From assembly GCF_000315625.1 (NCBI RefSeq), contig NW_005434662.1:216307-280306 (forward strand): DNA of 64,000 nt, read 5' to 3'. Shown in pieces: positions 36,402 through 49,800 of the stretch (position 1 is the first letter of the stretch; every line of letters starts with the position of its first letter). The notes below the pieces were generated by a model. It had not been told where the DNA came from, searched no databases, and was given only the letters and a program-made list of their open reading frames with translations. Position numbers and translations under genes: made by a program. This DNA comes from Guillardia theta CCMP2712. Lineage: Eukaryota; Protista; Cryptophyta.

Positions 36402-39400
36402 CTCCTCCTCCTCCTCCTCCTTCTCCTTCCACGGCTGCTGCTCGCCCCGCTTCTCCACCTTTCTCCTTTGCCTCCCTGCTAGTCTTTCTCGCTCCTCCAT
36501 CTGCTCTTTACTCCTGCTGCTCCACAGAGCGTCGGAGTCAGAGAAAGTCGTCAAGCTTCTCATCGATCACTTTGCCGCTGGGCTTCTCTGGCAAGACATC
36601 GGAGGAGACAGCTCTTTGCACTATGCTGCTGCCGTTCAGAGCGTTCCTTCAGTCCGCACGATCATGCTCGCCAGCAGCACCAGGGGCGTCTCCCCTCAGC
36701 TCTGCCGCAATGCACTGGGCAAGACGCCGCTAGAGCTGACCCACAGCCTTACCATCCGCTCCCTTCTCACCAGAGACAGGAGCAGGTTCCTCGGGTCGAA
36801 GAGGATGAAGCTGTTCCTGTCTACAACAGTCCTGTTCTTCGTTCTCACCCTCGTCCTCGCCAACAGCTACCTGCAGTACGGCGTCTTCTACCCTGTTTGT
36901 GATGCAGAGGAGGCGATCGCTCGGCTGACTTTTCTTTCAGGTGACCTTTGCTGCCGTCCTCTACGGAGTAGGAGCCTTCTTGTCCGTCGTCTACTTCGTC
37001 TACCTGCACTCGGCCAACGAGGAGCTGAAGAGGAGCGAGGACATCATCGTGCTCTTCAAGCGCCTGGAGCTGTACAGCCTGATGTTCCCTCTCCTCATGC
37101 TCTCCGTGCTCGCCGCCATCCACATCGAGCACAATCGAGGGCAGGTGAGCGAGTACTTCTGGTCACTCTTCCTCCTCCTCCTCTTCGTCGCGAGCTGCTC
37201 CGCCGTCTCCTTGGAGATCTCCCTCCTGCACGCTATTCCCATCCCCAACTTCCTCCGCGTCCTCGAGGCTCTCATCGTCTTCATTCTCCGCTTCATGGAG
37301 ATCTCTTCCCGCGTCACCATTTTCGGCCTCGTCCTCTTCGAGTATACCATCTGCCCCTGCGGCTCCTCGAGCTACAAGTCGCTTCAGGACTGCTACTGCT
37401 ACACTAACATCCTGACCCCGCTGTTGCTGGTATGTCTCATCTATCCATCCCTGCTCTCTCCTGCCCCTCCTGCCCCTCCTGCCCCTCCTTCCCTTCCTGC
37501 CCCTCCTGCCCCTCCTTTCTCCTTCTTCATCATCCTCTTCTCCTTGCGCATCCTTCTCCATCCTGATTTGATGTCTTCTTCTTCCTTCTTTCATCCTCCC
37601 CTCTCCCCCTTCCCCCCCTACTAGAGGATATTAGGAATAGATTCAAACAGGATTGAAAGACTAAAGTGGGTGTCAAGAATATCGTTTTTCTCCTTTATTG
37701 AATATGAACAGGCTCCTCCCGCACTTCATCTGACTGCTCCCACAAGGTCTTCGAGGCTCTATTGCAGATGTACATCTGGTTCGGAATAGAGAACCCCTCC
37801 TCCAAGTACAAGAAGGACACCCTCCCTCCCTCCTCCTCCCGGGAGATCCTCCGAGGTTTCTTAAATCTCCTCATCATCCAGAAGGGCAGGCTCGTCGGCA
37901 CCAACTTCTCCCGCTACTTCGGCTACAGCAGAATCTCTTCCGCTGCCATCGTCGGCGAGGTCCTGCTCCCAGACGTCAAGCTCATCCTCATCGTGCGCTC
38001 AATCCTTCACTTCGGCCTCCTCCTCCTCCTCCGTGTCAGCGACGGGACCAAAGAGCTCATGGTCGCTTCCAAAGTCCCCAACTTACATCTAGAAGCGGAG
38101 AGGTCCATCTTCGAGATGTAATGCTGACCCTCTTCAATTCTCCTTTCCTCTCTCCTTGTCTTCCTTCACTACATCCTCTCTTTGATTTCTTTCCTCCGGC
38201 CCTCGCCCTCCTCCAACTTCTCCTCTCTCCCCCTGATCTCTTTTTATTCAACTCGCCTTTCCCTTCCTGCTCCTGCTATTTCTTGTCTATTCCTCCTCTG
38301 CTCTCCTCTGCTCTCCTCTGCTCTCCTCTGCTCTCCTCTGCTCCTCCTCTCCTCTTCTCCTGCTCATGACACCACCATCAGGTGCATCTACTTCGTCGCC
38401 TTCAGCAGCGTTCTCCAGTGGATCGTGCTGTTCGCACGCATTTGGATCTGGAACCGCATCATCTCAAGGACGAGGGTCCACGAGTCGCAGGAGAAGAGCG
38501 AAGACAAAGGCACAGCCTACGATAACGCCAGTCTCAAGTCGCTCGTCAACCGAAGGGACCCGCGATCCCTCAAGATCATCCGCAGCTTCCGGAAGGAAAC
38601 GATCATGAAGAAGCGAGGCTCGATCTCCAGATTCAGCGACTACTCCTCCGTCAATGGCAGCTGGTGTTCTGCCCGCAACGACTCGCTGCGCAAGAGCGAA
38701 AGCTCGTCCTTCTCCGACGGCCTCGAGTCTTACAACGTCTTGGTCGCCATGAAGAAGCGCCACGGCATTGAGGAGAAGAACAACCCTGTTCCAGGGAGGG
38801 ACGCGGGTTCAGCTGATGTAGAGCTGGACAACAAGGGACAGGAGGGGGGGACGAAGGCAGCGCTGAAGCTGAACGGACACAGGGAGGACGGGGAGAAGGA
38901 GCCGAGCAAGAGCGACGGCGATGGCAAGATACGGGATGAGACGGAAGAGGAGGAGATGGTGAAGGCGGGGATGGAGGGGATGGGAGAGGCAAGGAAAGTG
39001 CTGGGGCTGAACGTGGCAGGTGAAGACTTGGAACAGAACCTGAGCAACAACACCAGCTATCATGACGACGAGATACAGCCGGCGGCAACACCAGCAGCAG
39101 CAGCGGCAGAGGAGGAGGATGCAGAAGGGGAGGAGGAGAAACTCATGCCGCCGGGGCTGAACGGACTCGAAGACTCTGATGGAGTGATTGGAATTGGATC
39201 CCGCAAGGAAGAGCCGGGCGAGGACAAGCCTGAGGCCCCTGCTGCTGCCCGTCAGCCGAGGGGCAGGCGATCGGCCGTCCCAAAGAAGCGAGGAGAAAAG
39301 AGATTGGGAAATAGCGGCACTGCAAATGATGTTTTCCATGGCGAGGCGACTGCCATGAAGCTGAATTCCGTGGAGGAGAGAGTAGGGAGGGGCAACGGAG

Positions 39401-40002
39401 TGCCTAAGAGGAAACAGGTAAGAAAGGCAGGCTCCTCCTCCGCTTTCTCTCCCCTTGAGCCGAACAGGAGCAAGCAGGAACCTCCTGCTCAAGACGACGA
39501 AGAATCGAGCACGTTGCTCAAGACTGTGACGAGGGCAAAGCATTCTCACAGCAGGCGATCTAGAGGAAACAAGGTTGACCCCAAGGTCATTCCCTTCATC
39601 TCGCAGACGCCGTCGCTAAGGGTTCAGCGGATCCTTCATCCCGATGTGACTGAGCTGGGAGACAGCCCGGCCTCCGGCCCATCGACATCTCGAGTCGTCG
39701 AAAGAAGATCCAGCCTGTTAGGTGAAGCTGCAGGGACGATGAACGGGACGGCGGATCTAGTGTTGGCTGTGGTTGGGAACGGAGGCGCGAAGCTCAAAGC
39801 ATCTGCCGATGGCAAGGAAATCCTCCCTGACAGAGCAGGGAGTACCGCGCAAGGTCATCGCAGTTTGACTCGAGACATCAGCAGGAGGAGGAAGAAGCTG
39901 CTGGAAATGTTCCCTGAGTCTTCCTTTGTGCGCTCCGTGGTCTCCAAAGGCAACAACCTTGACCCAAGCGTACCGAAGACCAAGTACTACATGCTGGCAT
40001 GA
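31592..40002 (+). CDS. Large multidomain membrane protein: PDZ-like, C2, ankyrin repeats, EF-hand pair, XK-related multi-TM domain, long disordered tail
   Basis: PDZ-like GIHFSFNQISRELRVSAVLDPPHG...GIVRGDVVV (~32170-32430). C2 GVLTITFVTGRN...NARWNSNVYVP..WFNL. Ankyrins GHTPLHIVC, RLPIHIAC, LPLHFAA. EF-hands DEDSSGRLELPE and DTDG|NLELDFPE. TM block at 36800-38460. Confidence 0.8.
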
Positions 40003-40304
40003 TGCAATTAAAGTTTCAATGTGTTTGCACATGTTTGGAATTCTCAGACTTAGGTTGTCGTTATGATATATTGCCCCTCTATTCTCCGATTTCAGTGTGC
40101 AGCAAGTTTGTAGCTATGAGGTGAGACTAGAGAATCGTTGAGCGAAGGTGACGTAGATGGCAATCAATTTCTTTACAGTTGATCTGCTCTACAAAGAATC
40201 AAAAAGAAAATGTACCCTGTGACATTGGTCGAAGGGTTAACGAGTTTGTATCTTCAACTCATGAGCGTCTTCTACATACCCTTCTTCTCATTCACACCTC
40301 CCCT

Positions 40305-40322
40305 GTCCTTGTCCTTGTCCTT

Positions 40323-40372
<50 letters not shown>

Positions 40373-40380
40373 CCTCGTCG
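40305..40380 (+). repeat. (CTTGTC)n/(CTCGTC)n hexamer microsatellite, intergenic
   Basis: Direct read. Confidence 0.95.
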
Positions 40381-40867
40381 TCTTTTCCTGTCTGTTTGTT
40401 GGGTTCTTCCCCTTCACTCCCTTTCTTCAGATGAAGTTTGACCGATGTAACGGTAAACAACGGCGAATGAATAGGCACACTGACGGGTAGGGTAGTCATA
40501 GGATGTATTTGAAGGGTGGGGTATGTTATATTGAGGGGGTGTTTGATAAGTTAAAACATCAATCAATCCACGGGTGGTGCCATTATACTGAGGGGTAGGG
40601 TTGTAAAAGACGGTAGGGTAGTAGGGTGGTTCCTACGAACGAAAGGGCAGGCGATGGCGAACGGGGTACGGAGCGGAGCGGAGCGGAGAGGAGAGGCGAG
40701 GAGGGACAAGGAAAGGCGAAGGGCATGTAACAGAGGTGACAAGTTAAGAGGCGATGAGGGAAGAGGAGAAGCTAGTGGAGATCAGGAAGGGAAGGGAAGG
40801 GAAAAGGAAAGAGATAGGATCTGATAGCGGTAAGGAGAGTTCTCGTCCGCTGACAACCTTTCCAGGC

Positions 40868-43800
40868 ATGATTGAGGGAACCATTGGTCACTGACCAGAA
40901 CAAAATAACCTAGTTGCTGTTGTGGAGGTCACATCTTGCAGTAGAGCTTGCAAAGATGTAAGCTGTGCATTCTTCCCGAGCTGCCCTTATGTTTTGTTCC
41001 AGGGCGTCCATGACACCCAAAGAGATGTTTTTGGGTGCCATGGATCAGGTAGACAAGGTCTTGGAGAACGTCTACTTCAACTGGCTCTTGCTCGGTACTA
41101 CTCGTCCTCTCATCTTCTGTTCTCAACGTCCCCGAGCTTGTCTCATGCAAGCGCGACGCAACTGTCCCCTCAGACTCGCATCTGTTTTTCTTCCAGGAGC
41201 TGACTGTTAGCTCAGGAGCAACATCCTTTCATATGATTTTGCAGAGCATGAGGTTCCTTTCTCAAGATCCTCTTTCTTCTATCTCTGCCCTTCAGGACAA
41301 GTTCGACTACTACATGATATGGGTGTACACGGGGATTATGTGCCTTCGCATCTGGGGCAAGGGGTTGATCTTGCATCCCACAAGTTTCCTGAGGACAGGG
41401 TGGTGTTACCTGGACCTGTTGGTCGTGGTCTGTGCCTGGCTAGATCGTGTGTACCATTTTGGAAATGTCATGTTCTTCATGGTGAGACGACGCGGCATTG
41501 CCGTCTCGAGTCGTTACCGCCTTGACCTATGTCGCAGGTTCTGAGAATCCTGAAGCTTGCAGCGGAGTCAAACCTCGTGCTGTTCTCTCCGCTGAGGGTG
41601 ATCACTCGGACGCTGCTGATCGGCATCCCGAGGGTGATGGTTGTCTTCGGTATCCTCTTGTTCGCCATGGTTTTCTTTGGCATCCTGGCAGTATCCCTCA
41701 TCGGCAACACCGGAGACTTTCACAACCGGTGCGGCATCTCTTTCTGCCAGCAAGTGGACGCGACAGGGAAGTGTCTATTGGAGTCATGGCAGGCCATCGT
41801 CCCCGCGTACATCTGCCGCCAGGACAAGGATCCCATCGCCAACCCGCAGGGAACCTGTCCTCCGACCCTCGTCGGCAGCCCCATGAAGCTCAACTCGCCT
41901 GCTACCAACACTGAGTCTGTTGGATCAGTGCTGGAGGCGACCAAGTCAACTGTGCGATGTCTGGGCCCGGACCTGCAGCTGGGAAAGCTTGACCAGGAAA
42001 CGTTTGCAAGGTTTGAGGGGTTTCCTCCCTTCACTGAATACGTTCCTGTCAACTACACCCAGTGGCCGGCAGTGACAGATCTGAACTGGGACAGTTTGAA
42101 AGCTGCGTCCATCCCGATGTTCGCGACCTTTTACAAGACCGCCTGGGTTCAGTTCTCGGACTACTCCAGTCAAAGCACGAGTGGATTCATCGTGATCGCC
42201 TTCATCGGGCTCATCATTCTCATCTCATACTACCTGCTCAACCTTACCATCGCGATCATGAACCTTAACTTCTCCGATGAGATGACCAAGGAGAATGCCT
42301 TCCTTGAAGCATCCAAGTCCTCAGAACCGCAAGAGGTCTTCTAGTCTTGTCCTCTTGGCTTCTATTTTGACTTGATGCTCTTCGGCAGGGAGGAGCAGAC
42401 GACGATGACGGGGAGGAGGAGGAGGAGGATGATGATGATGACGAGCAGGATTTGACTAACTTATCGGGACCTCGGCAGGATCTCCTCGCCGCCTACAGCG
42501 GCGACGAGTATCCATGCTGCGGCTATGCCTCGTTTCCCATCTACTACCTTGAGGGACCGATAGGGGCAGGGCTTGATGCTGCCGGGAATTTCATAGCTGG
42601 GAAGATCAAAATCCTTGGGAAGATCAAGGGCCCAGTGTACTCGGCCAAGCTCGCTGTCTGGAGCTGCTTCAGGACTTGCTGCGCGAGCTTCAACAAGTTC
42701 TCCATCTACCTCGTCATCCCCGAGGCCGAAGGCCTGCAGACTCCCTTCATCAAGATCTGCTACATCCTCATGTTCGCCTACCTCTGCACCCTCGCGGCCC
42801 AGAACGACACGATCAACCAGTAGCCCTCCCCTCTTCTCTCCCCCAGCTCGCACTCACCTCAACCGGCAGGTACAAGTGCGGGTGCAAGCAGATTGACGAC
42901 TTGTCACTTGCCGATCGATGCGCCATCGGCCCTAAGGTGCTGGACTTCCGTTGGGACGCCTGTTGTAACGATGAGATTGTTGGCTGCAGGGCCCGAAGGA
43001 TCTAGAGTGCAAGGCCGGCTTCACTTGCCATGGCGGATACTGCACGACAGAGTGGTCAGGAGAAGCTTGTGTAAATCCATGGGACAACCCTCGGCTGCAG
43101 GCAACTCTACTTCTTCCTCCTCCACTTGCTCCTTCTCGGCTTCACCATTCTATCCCCTCCCTACTTGTCGCTTCTTCCTGTCCTCTCTCTTTCCTGCTTT
43201 CTTCATTGTTCTCGTTCATTCCTCCCTCCTCCCTCCTCCCTCCCCGCTTCTGTCTCTCTCCCTGCCTGCCTGCCTTGATGCCTTCCTGCCTTCCTTCCTT
43301 CCTGCCTTCCTTCCGTACAGTCTCCTTCCCATCCACCTCGTCTCTTCTTGCTCAATCTCGTGGCCAGACTATCCCGAGCATGACAGCTGCTGCTGCTGAC
43401 TGGACAAGTCGGAGGACATCGTGGTGCAACTACAGCACCATGTTGCACTACGTGATGCTGGGATGGGCCGGCTTCTTCCTGTTTGAGACCATCGTGACCT
43501 ATGTCGGGCACCAGGCACGTGAAGCATCAGGTGGTTGGGAGGATGACAGTCGTTGGCAGGGGCCGATGAATTTCCTTACGGTGAAGAGAAAAGTTCCGGA
43601 GAAGAAAGGATCGAAGAAGATGGTCGACAAGGTTCGTGGAGGGAGGATTGATGATAACATGGATTGAGATGAGAAATGATGGTGATGGTGATGGTGATGG
43701 TGATGGTGATGGTGATGGTGATGGTCGTGTTCTTGTTGGTAATGATGATCATGATGATCAGTGTCGGTGGTGATTGAGATGATGAAATCGATGGAGATGA

Positions 43801-46800
43801 TGATTATTGCAGACATATCCCAACGTGACCAACATCTTGGATGCGGTTTGCAATCTTGTTACCGTCATCGGCATCTTGTTGACAGAACTCAACACAAAAA
43901 CACAAGTGCGGCTTTTTTCTGCTCTTGCTCCTGCTCTATCCTTCGTGCAACCATTCCTGCTCTTGGAACTATCGTCCTGCTCCAGCCCTTCTGCCCCTGC
44001 CCCTGCCCCTGTCCCTGCCCCTGCCCCTGTCCCTGCCCCTGCCCCTGCCCCTGCCCCTGCCCCTCTCTTTCTGCCTGCTCTTTGCCTGCTTCAGAAGTTT
44101 GCATTGTCGTCTTCACCCCTTCAAGTCCCTCGCACTTCCTGACGCCTGCTGTCAGATCTTCGACGCCAACATTTCGCTCTTCTGGCGTACGGGGGACCCC
44201 GCGGGCTTCAAACTTTTCTCACCCACAGGCCCGCGGGTCCTCAAGTTCGTCAGGCTCGCCATCGTCATCAAGTTCTTCTACCACTTGATCTTCGCCGTCC
44301 AGTCCATCCCCATCGTCGCCATCATCCTCCGTGGCTTCCGCGGGAGCATGAAGATCGTGGTCGCCGGCATCCAGCTTTTCATCCTGGTCTGGTTCTTCAT
44401 GTTGCTGGGGAGGGAGATCTTCCTCTACTACGGGCCGGACGAGGGCTGCAACCAGTGCCTTGCCTGCGAGTACAAGGACGCGACTAGAACTTGCGTCGAC
44501 CAGTGCTCGGGGGCACCCTACAAGGGATGCTCGACGTACAAGACTGAGGGGGACTGCAACCTGAACATCTGCAAGTGGGCGAACGCGTCGTCCGCCTGCA
44601 AGTTCGACAGGTCCAAGGGAGGAGTCTGCAGGTCCAACCAGGCGAGCACTCACTTCTCCAGCACCTTCTCCTTCGACACCAACGTCAACGGCCTCCTCCT
44701 CCTGTCAGAGATCGTGATCGGGTCGAATTGGTGAGGGCTCTCTCTAGTTTGCGCCCCCTCTTTCTCTTTCCATCACGCTCTGCTCTCAACGCTCTGCTGT
44801 CCCTTCTCCTTGCTCCTCGGCTTCTGATCTTACAACCGTCTCGCCCCCACCTCCTTTTCTGCCATTCCCATCAGTGGGTTTGTCTCCGCTTCTTCTCGTG
44901 GTCCTTTTACGATCCCTCTGCTCTTTCCGCTTCCTCTCTCCCAGCTTTTCGTTGTGCTTCCTCTCCCTCTCCTTCTCTCTCTCGTTCCTTCCCACCATTT
45001 CCCTCCTGTTCTCTTCCCCTATCATTCGCTTAGTCGCTCTTTTGCTCCCTCCCACCACAATGGCTCTGTTAGCAACCTCACCATCATCCTTATCGCAGGT
45101 ACGACAACACAGTCGCAGGCGTGCAGAGCCTCGGGTATGGTGGTTTGGTCTTCTTCATCATCTTCTTCTACATCGCCAACTATCAGTTCTTGAGAATCTT
45201 TGTGTGCATCATCACCAACAACTACGAGCTGAAGGAGGAGGAGAAGTTCATAGCGCAGCAGATCCTCTTGGACCACAAGTTTCATGACATCTCCAAGAAG
45301 AGGGTGAGGAACGCGGAGGAGAAAGAGTTCATGGAGGGGAACTACGAGAGATTCTCCTTCAACCACTTCTACGAGCGGCTGCTTCGCGGTGCCCAGATCT
45401 CGTTGCGAGAGATCGAAGCCGCCAAGGAAGGAGAGTCGATGGACTACCTCAGCTCGGAGAGAGAGAAGAAAAGCTTTTTCTCCCTCTTCTTCTCGAGCAA
45501 GAAGAAGGAAGATGTCGTGGACGGAGGCGAGCTCTTGGATGGCATCCGGCGAGTCGATGGGATCGAGGAGGACTCGGAGGACGAGGAGGAGGATCCTAAC
45601 ATCGTGTACTACACTCAGAGTATGATAGTAACCCGACTGTCGATCAACAAGTACGGCAAGTTGGATGGGGGAATCGACATCGACGAGGCTCCGAGCTTGC
45701 TGGAGATCGCGATTAGCTACGTGCACAAGCTTGCTTTCTCTCCGTACTTTATTATGATTACCTTCATTGTCATCATCGCGAGTGTGGTGACTGCAATGAT
45801 GTCATGGCAAGGCAACACGGTGAGTTGTGTATGTTGATACTGATGCTGATATTCACTTTGATACTGGTGGTGATGATGGTGATGGTGATGATGATGATGG
45901 GGCTAGACAAGATTACACAAGGACATGAGAATGTAGATGTGATGATGGCGTATCACTACGATGTGTTCACATAGTTGTTGATGATCCAGCTGTAAACCTT
46001 GGTGATGAAACAACGTCCTGACTGAATGCTTCCCTTGCAACAGGACACGGAGTATCTACTCAGCCTCTTGTTCCTGGCCTTCTTTGTCTTCGAGATGGCA
46101 GTGAAGATGATAGCGCTGGGCATGAACGGATACTTCAAGGACGGCTGGTGCAGGCTCGACTTTCTCCTCGTTGTCCTTCAAATCCTGGACGTCGTTGAGA
46201 ACTCCTTTCACTTTGTCTTCAAGGAAGGAGATCCCAAGAGCGCGATCCTCAAGGGCTTCCGCGCCCTCCGACTTGCCCGCCTCATCGCCGTCATCCGCAA
46301 GCTCCCGGCCACCGGCACGCAGATCGACAGCATCGTGGTGGGGGTGGACACGATCATTCAGGCGCTCGGCGCGAGCATGCCGGCAATCCTGACCCTCGTC
46401 GTCGCACTCGCTCTCTTCATGCTCATCTTCGCCATCATCGCCATGGATCAGTTCGCCGGCTTGTTCTACGCCTGCGATGAGACGGGAGGGGGCCCGGCGT
46501 TCGACATCCCTCAGTTCGGCGCTCTTCGCAACAAGACCCAGTGCGTTGGCATGAGCCTGCGGGCCCCTACGGCCTACGCGGACAACAACGAGTGGCACGA
46601 CGGCATCACGTCCTCCTTGTTCTCCTTCCCTGCTCCTCGTACCTGGTCGACTAACTCCCTCATCCGCAACCAGTTCACTTTCCAGGACATCGGGGACTCC
46701 TACTACACACTCTTCAACCTCCTCCTCCGCTCCAACATCGGCCCGACTGTTCAGATCCTTGCTAGCATGACTAACAGGGATCAGGCGCCTGTGGAGCTTC

Positions 46801-49800
46801 ATAGCGTTCCTAGCGTCCTCTACGTGATCATCTTCCAGATCCTGCTGGGTATCTTCATCGGGCAGGTCGTGATCGGAGTCATCCTGTCCTACCTTCGCAT
46901 CAAGAGCGGCATCGCCTTCTACACAGCCGACCAGCTGTCATGGCCGGCGACCAAGAAGGCCATCAGGTCGATCCCTTCCGTCTTCGGCGACACCTCGGAC
47001 GTGAAGGAGCCGGAGGAGGAGAACAAGTTCCTGCTGGTGCTCAAGACGATCCAGTACAAGTGCCTCCTCCTCATCACCCATTGGAAGTTCATCCTCTTCA
47101 TGGACCTCATCGTCCTCCTCAGCTGCGCGACCATCGCCACGACTCACTTCGGGGCCTCGCGGCAGCACACGGAGATCACATGGTACATCAACCTGGCCTG
47201 CCTCATCCTCTTCATCCTCGAGGCCTTTGTCAAGATCATCGCCATAGGGCCCATCGGCTACTTCAGGAACCCTTCCACCTGCTTCGACTTCCTCATCACT
47301 CTCGTGGGAGTGCTCGAGCTCATCGTCCTCCCTCGCTACGGGCTCGAGCTCGGCCTCGGCTCCCTCAGGCAGTTCCGTCTGATCCGCATCGGCAACAGGT
47401 CCCAGGTCTTCGTCACGATGCTCCAGTCCATCGCCGCGAGCTTCCCGCAGTTCTTCGCCGTCGTCCTCCTCCTCGCCATGCTCATCTTCATCTTCGGCGC
47501 CATCGGTACGACGCTCTTCCCCGGCCTTCGCTACGGCATCGCCAACCGGCCATGGTCGGGGACTGACAACCTCGTCTCCACCATGGTCCTCCTCTTCACT
47601 TTCTCCTCTGGCGCTGGCGGCCCAGACCCCAAGACTACATGGGGAGACATCGTGGTGGACGCGAGCATAGCAGCTCCCTACTGCACACCCTTCTCCTGGC
47701 TGCCTAACGGAGATGTAGACAGTCCCATGGGATGGTACTCAGGAGCAGGAGGGGCGCAGATTGCTATAGCGGACTGCGGGAGCAGAACGATAGCCACCAT
47801 CTTCTTCTTCATCTTCTGCTTTATCTGCAACTACATCATCCTTCCGTCCTTCGTTGCCTCCGTGATCAACTCCTACTACGAGGCCAACCTCGACAAGTAC
47901 TCGTTGATCTCCAAGGAAGAACTGCTCAAGTACAGGAAGTGCTGGATCAGCCTGATGGACAAGACGACGGGCTACCTCAAGGTCCCAGACGCGCAGAAAG
48001 ACAAGTTCATCACCCTGCTGATGAGCCTCGAGAGCGAGGATTGCTCGCTCGGTTTCAGCATGGACGACAAGAAGAAGTTTGATATTGCAATGAGGTACAT
48101 CAAAGACAAGAAAGTGCTCGAGATCAAGGAGACAGCCGCGATCTTGTTCTCCGTGAGAGAGAAGTGCCGGCCAGTCACGATTGTCGACCATCTGCTCAGA
48201 CAGAAGGTGAGGGAGGGTGGAGATAGTGGGTGGCGAGAAAACTTCGAGTGGCGCGAGATGGGGGAGGGAAAGAAGGAGGAGGGAGAAGAGAATGGAGGAG
48301 GGAGAAGAGAATTGGGAGGAAGGGGTTGGAGGGAAACAGGAGAAAAACGAAGTAGCAGGAGGAGAGGAGAAATTGAAGGGAAGGAGGGGAAGTGCAGAAA
48401 GAGTAGGGAAAGGAAAGGAAGGGAAGGTAGAAAAGATGATCTGATGGATTTGTAGGCCCTCGCCCTGCTGATGTCTCGAGGAGGGAACAAACTTCCGAAG
48501 CGACAGAAAGCGATCGCCGGCAAGCTGCATGCAAGCCTGGGGCTACCGCCAAGCTACTTCGAAGCAGCGTGAGTGGAGAGGAGTAGGAGGAGCTGAGAGG
48601 AGGGGACGGCGGGAGCAAGGGAGCAAGGGAGCGGGGGGTGATGAGTTTGGGTTTGCAGGCTTTCGGGCAAGAAGACGAAAGTCAAGAAGAACAACATCAT
48701 CTACTCTTATAACATCTTCGTCATGATCGGTCAGTCCCCGCCTACCTCGTCCCTCCTGCCCTCTGACGACCTGCGACCTTGCTAGACCAACTGGCGAATC
48801 TCGATGATGAGGCCAAGATGCTGGATCCGAAAGCGGTGACCCCTCCCCTTCCTGTCCCTGCTGCTCCTGTTCCTGCAGCTCCTGTCCCTGCTGCTCCTGT
48901 CCCTGCTGCTCCTGTCCCTGCTCCTGCCTCCCTCACGCGATGACCAGGCCAACACCCTCAAGCTGCTGGTGGAACAGAACGATGAAGATCTCTTCACATA
49001 CTTTGAGGTTTGATGGCGCGACGGCCGCTGCCCCATGGAGCCATGGGATGACGACGGTGCTGCAGGAGTTCGTGGAGGCCTCGGGGGAGGACCTGGAGGA
49101 GAAGGACAAGAGATACTACAACCTGCTCGCCTTCGCGCAGAGGTGACGGCCGGAGCTTCGCCGCCACCGCCGCCTTGACGTCCCCCGTGCCATTGCAGGG
49201 CGAAGGAGATTGCAAGTCGTTCCATGCAGATGGAGAAGAAGATGGATCTCCAGGCAACTTCCGTCCATTCCTCCCCCCCGCCCCCCNNNNNNNNNNNNNN
49301 NNNNNNNNNNNNNNNNNNNNNNNNNNNNNNNNNNNNNNNNNNNNNNNNNNNNNNNNNNNNNNNNNNNNNNNNNNNNNNNNNNNNNNTTCCTCTCGCTCCT
49401 CCTTCAGCTATGCATCCCGTTTCTATCGGGCTCCTTGCGTTCCTCCTCCCTTTTGCTGCGTGATCCCCCCCCCCCCTCCCCGTCACCTTCGACCTCTGAC
49501 CTCCTCGATCGCAGGGTGAGGGCTCGGAAGCGGAGGACCTCGGACCGGACGAGGACGAGGACGGCGAGGATAGGAAGCAGGCGGCGCTGGCAACGGACTT
49601 GAAGTTTGCTTCAGAGGTACGACAGCTTTGTGCCGCTCATCCTATCTCATGCTTCCCTTCCTTTCAGGTTCCTAAGGACGGGGAGGATCTGGGCAAAGCG
49701 GACATTCTGCCTACAGGTGACCCGAAGCCTCCGCCCTGCTCTCCCTCCTTCTTGTTCTTCCCAGTCCCTTTCCCTCACAGCTACCCTCCGTTCACCTCCG

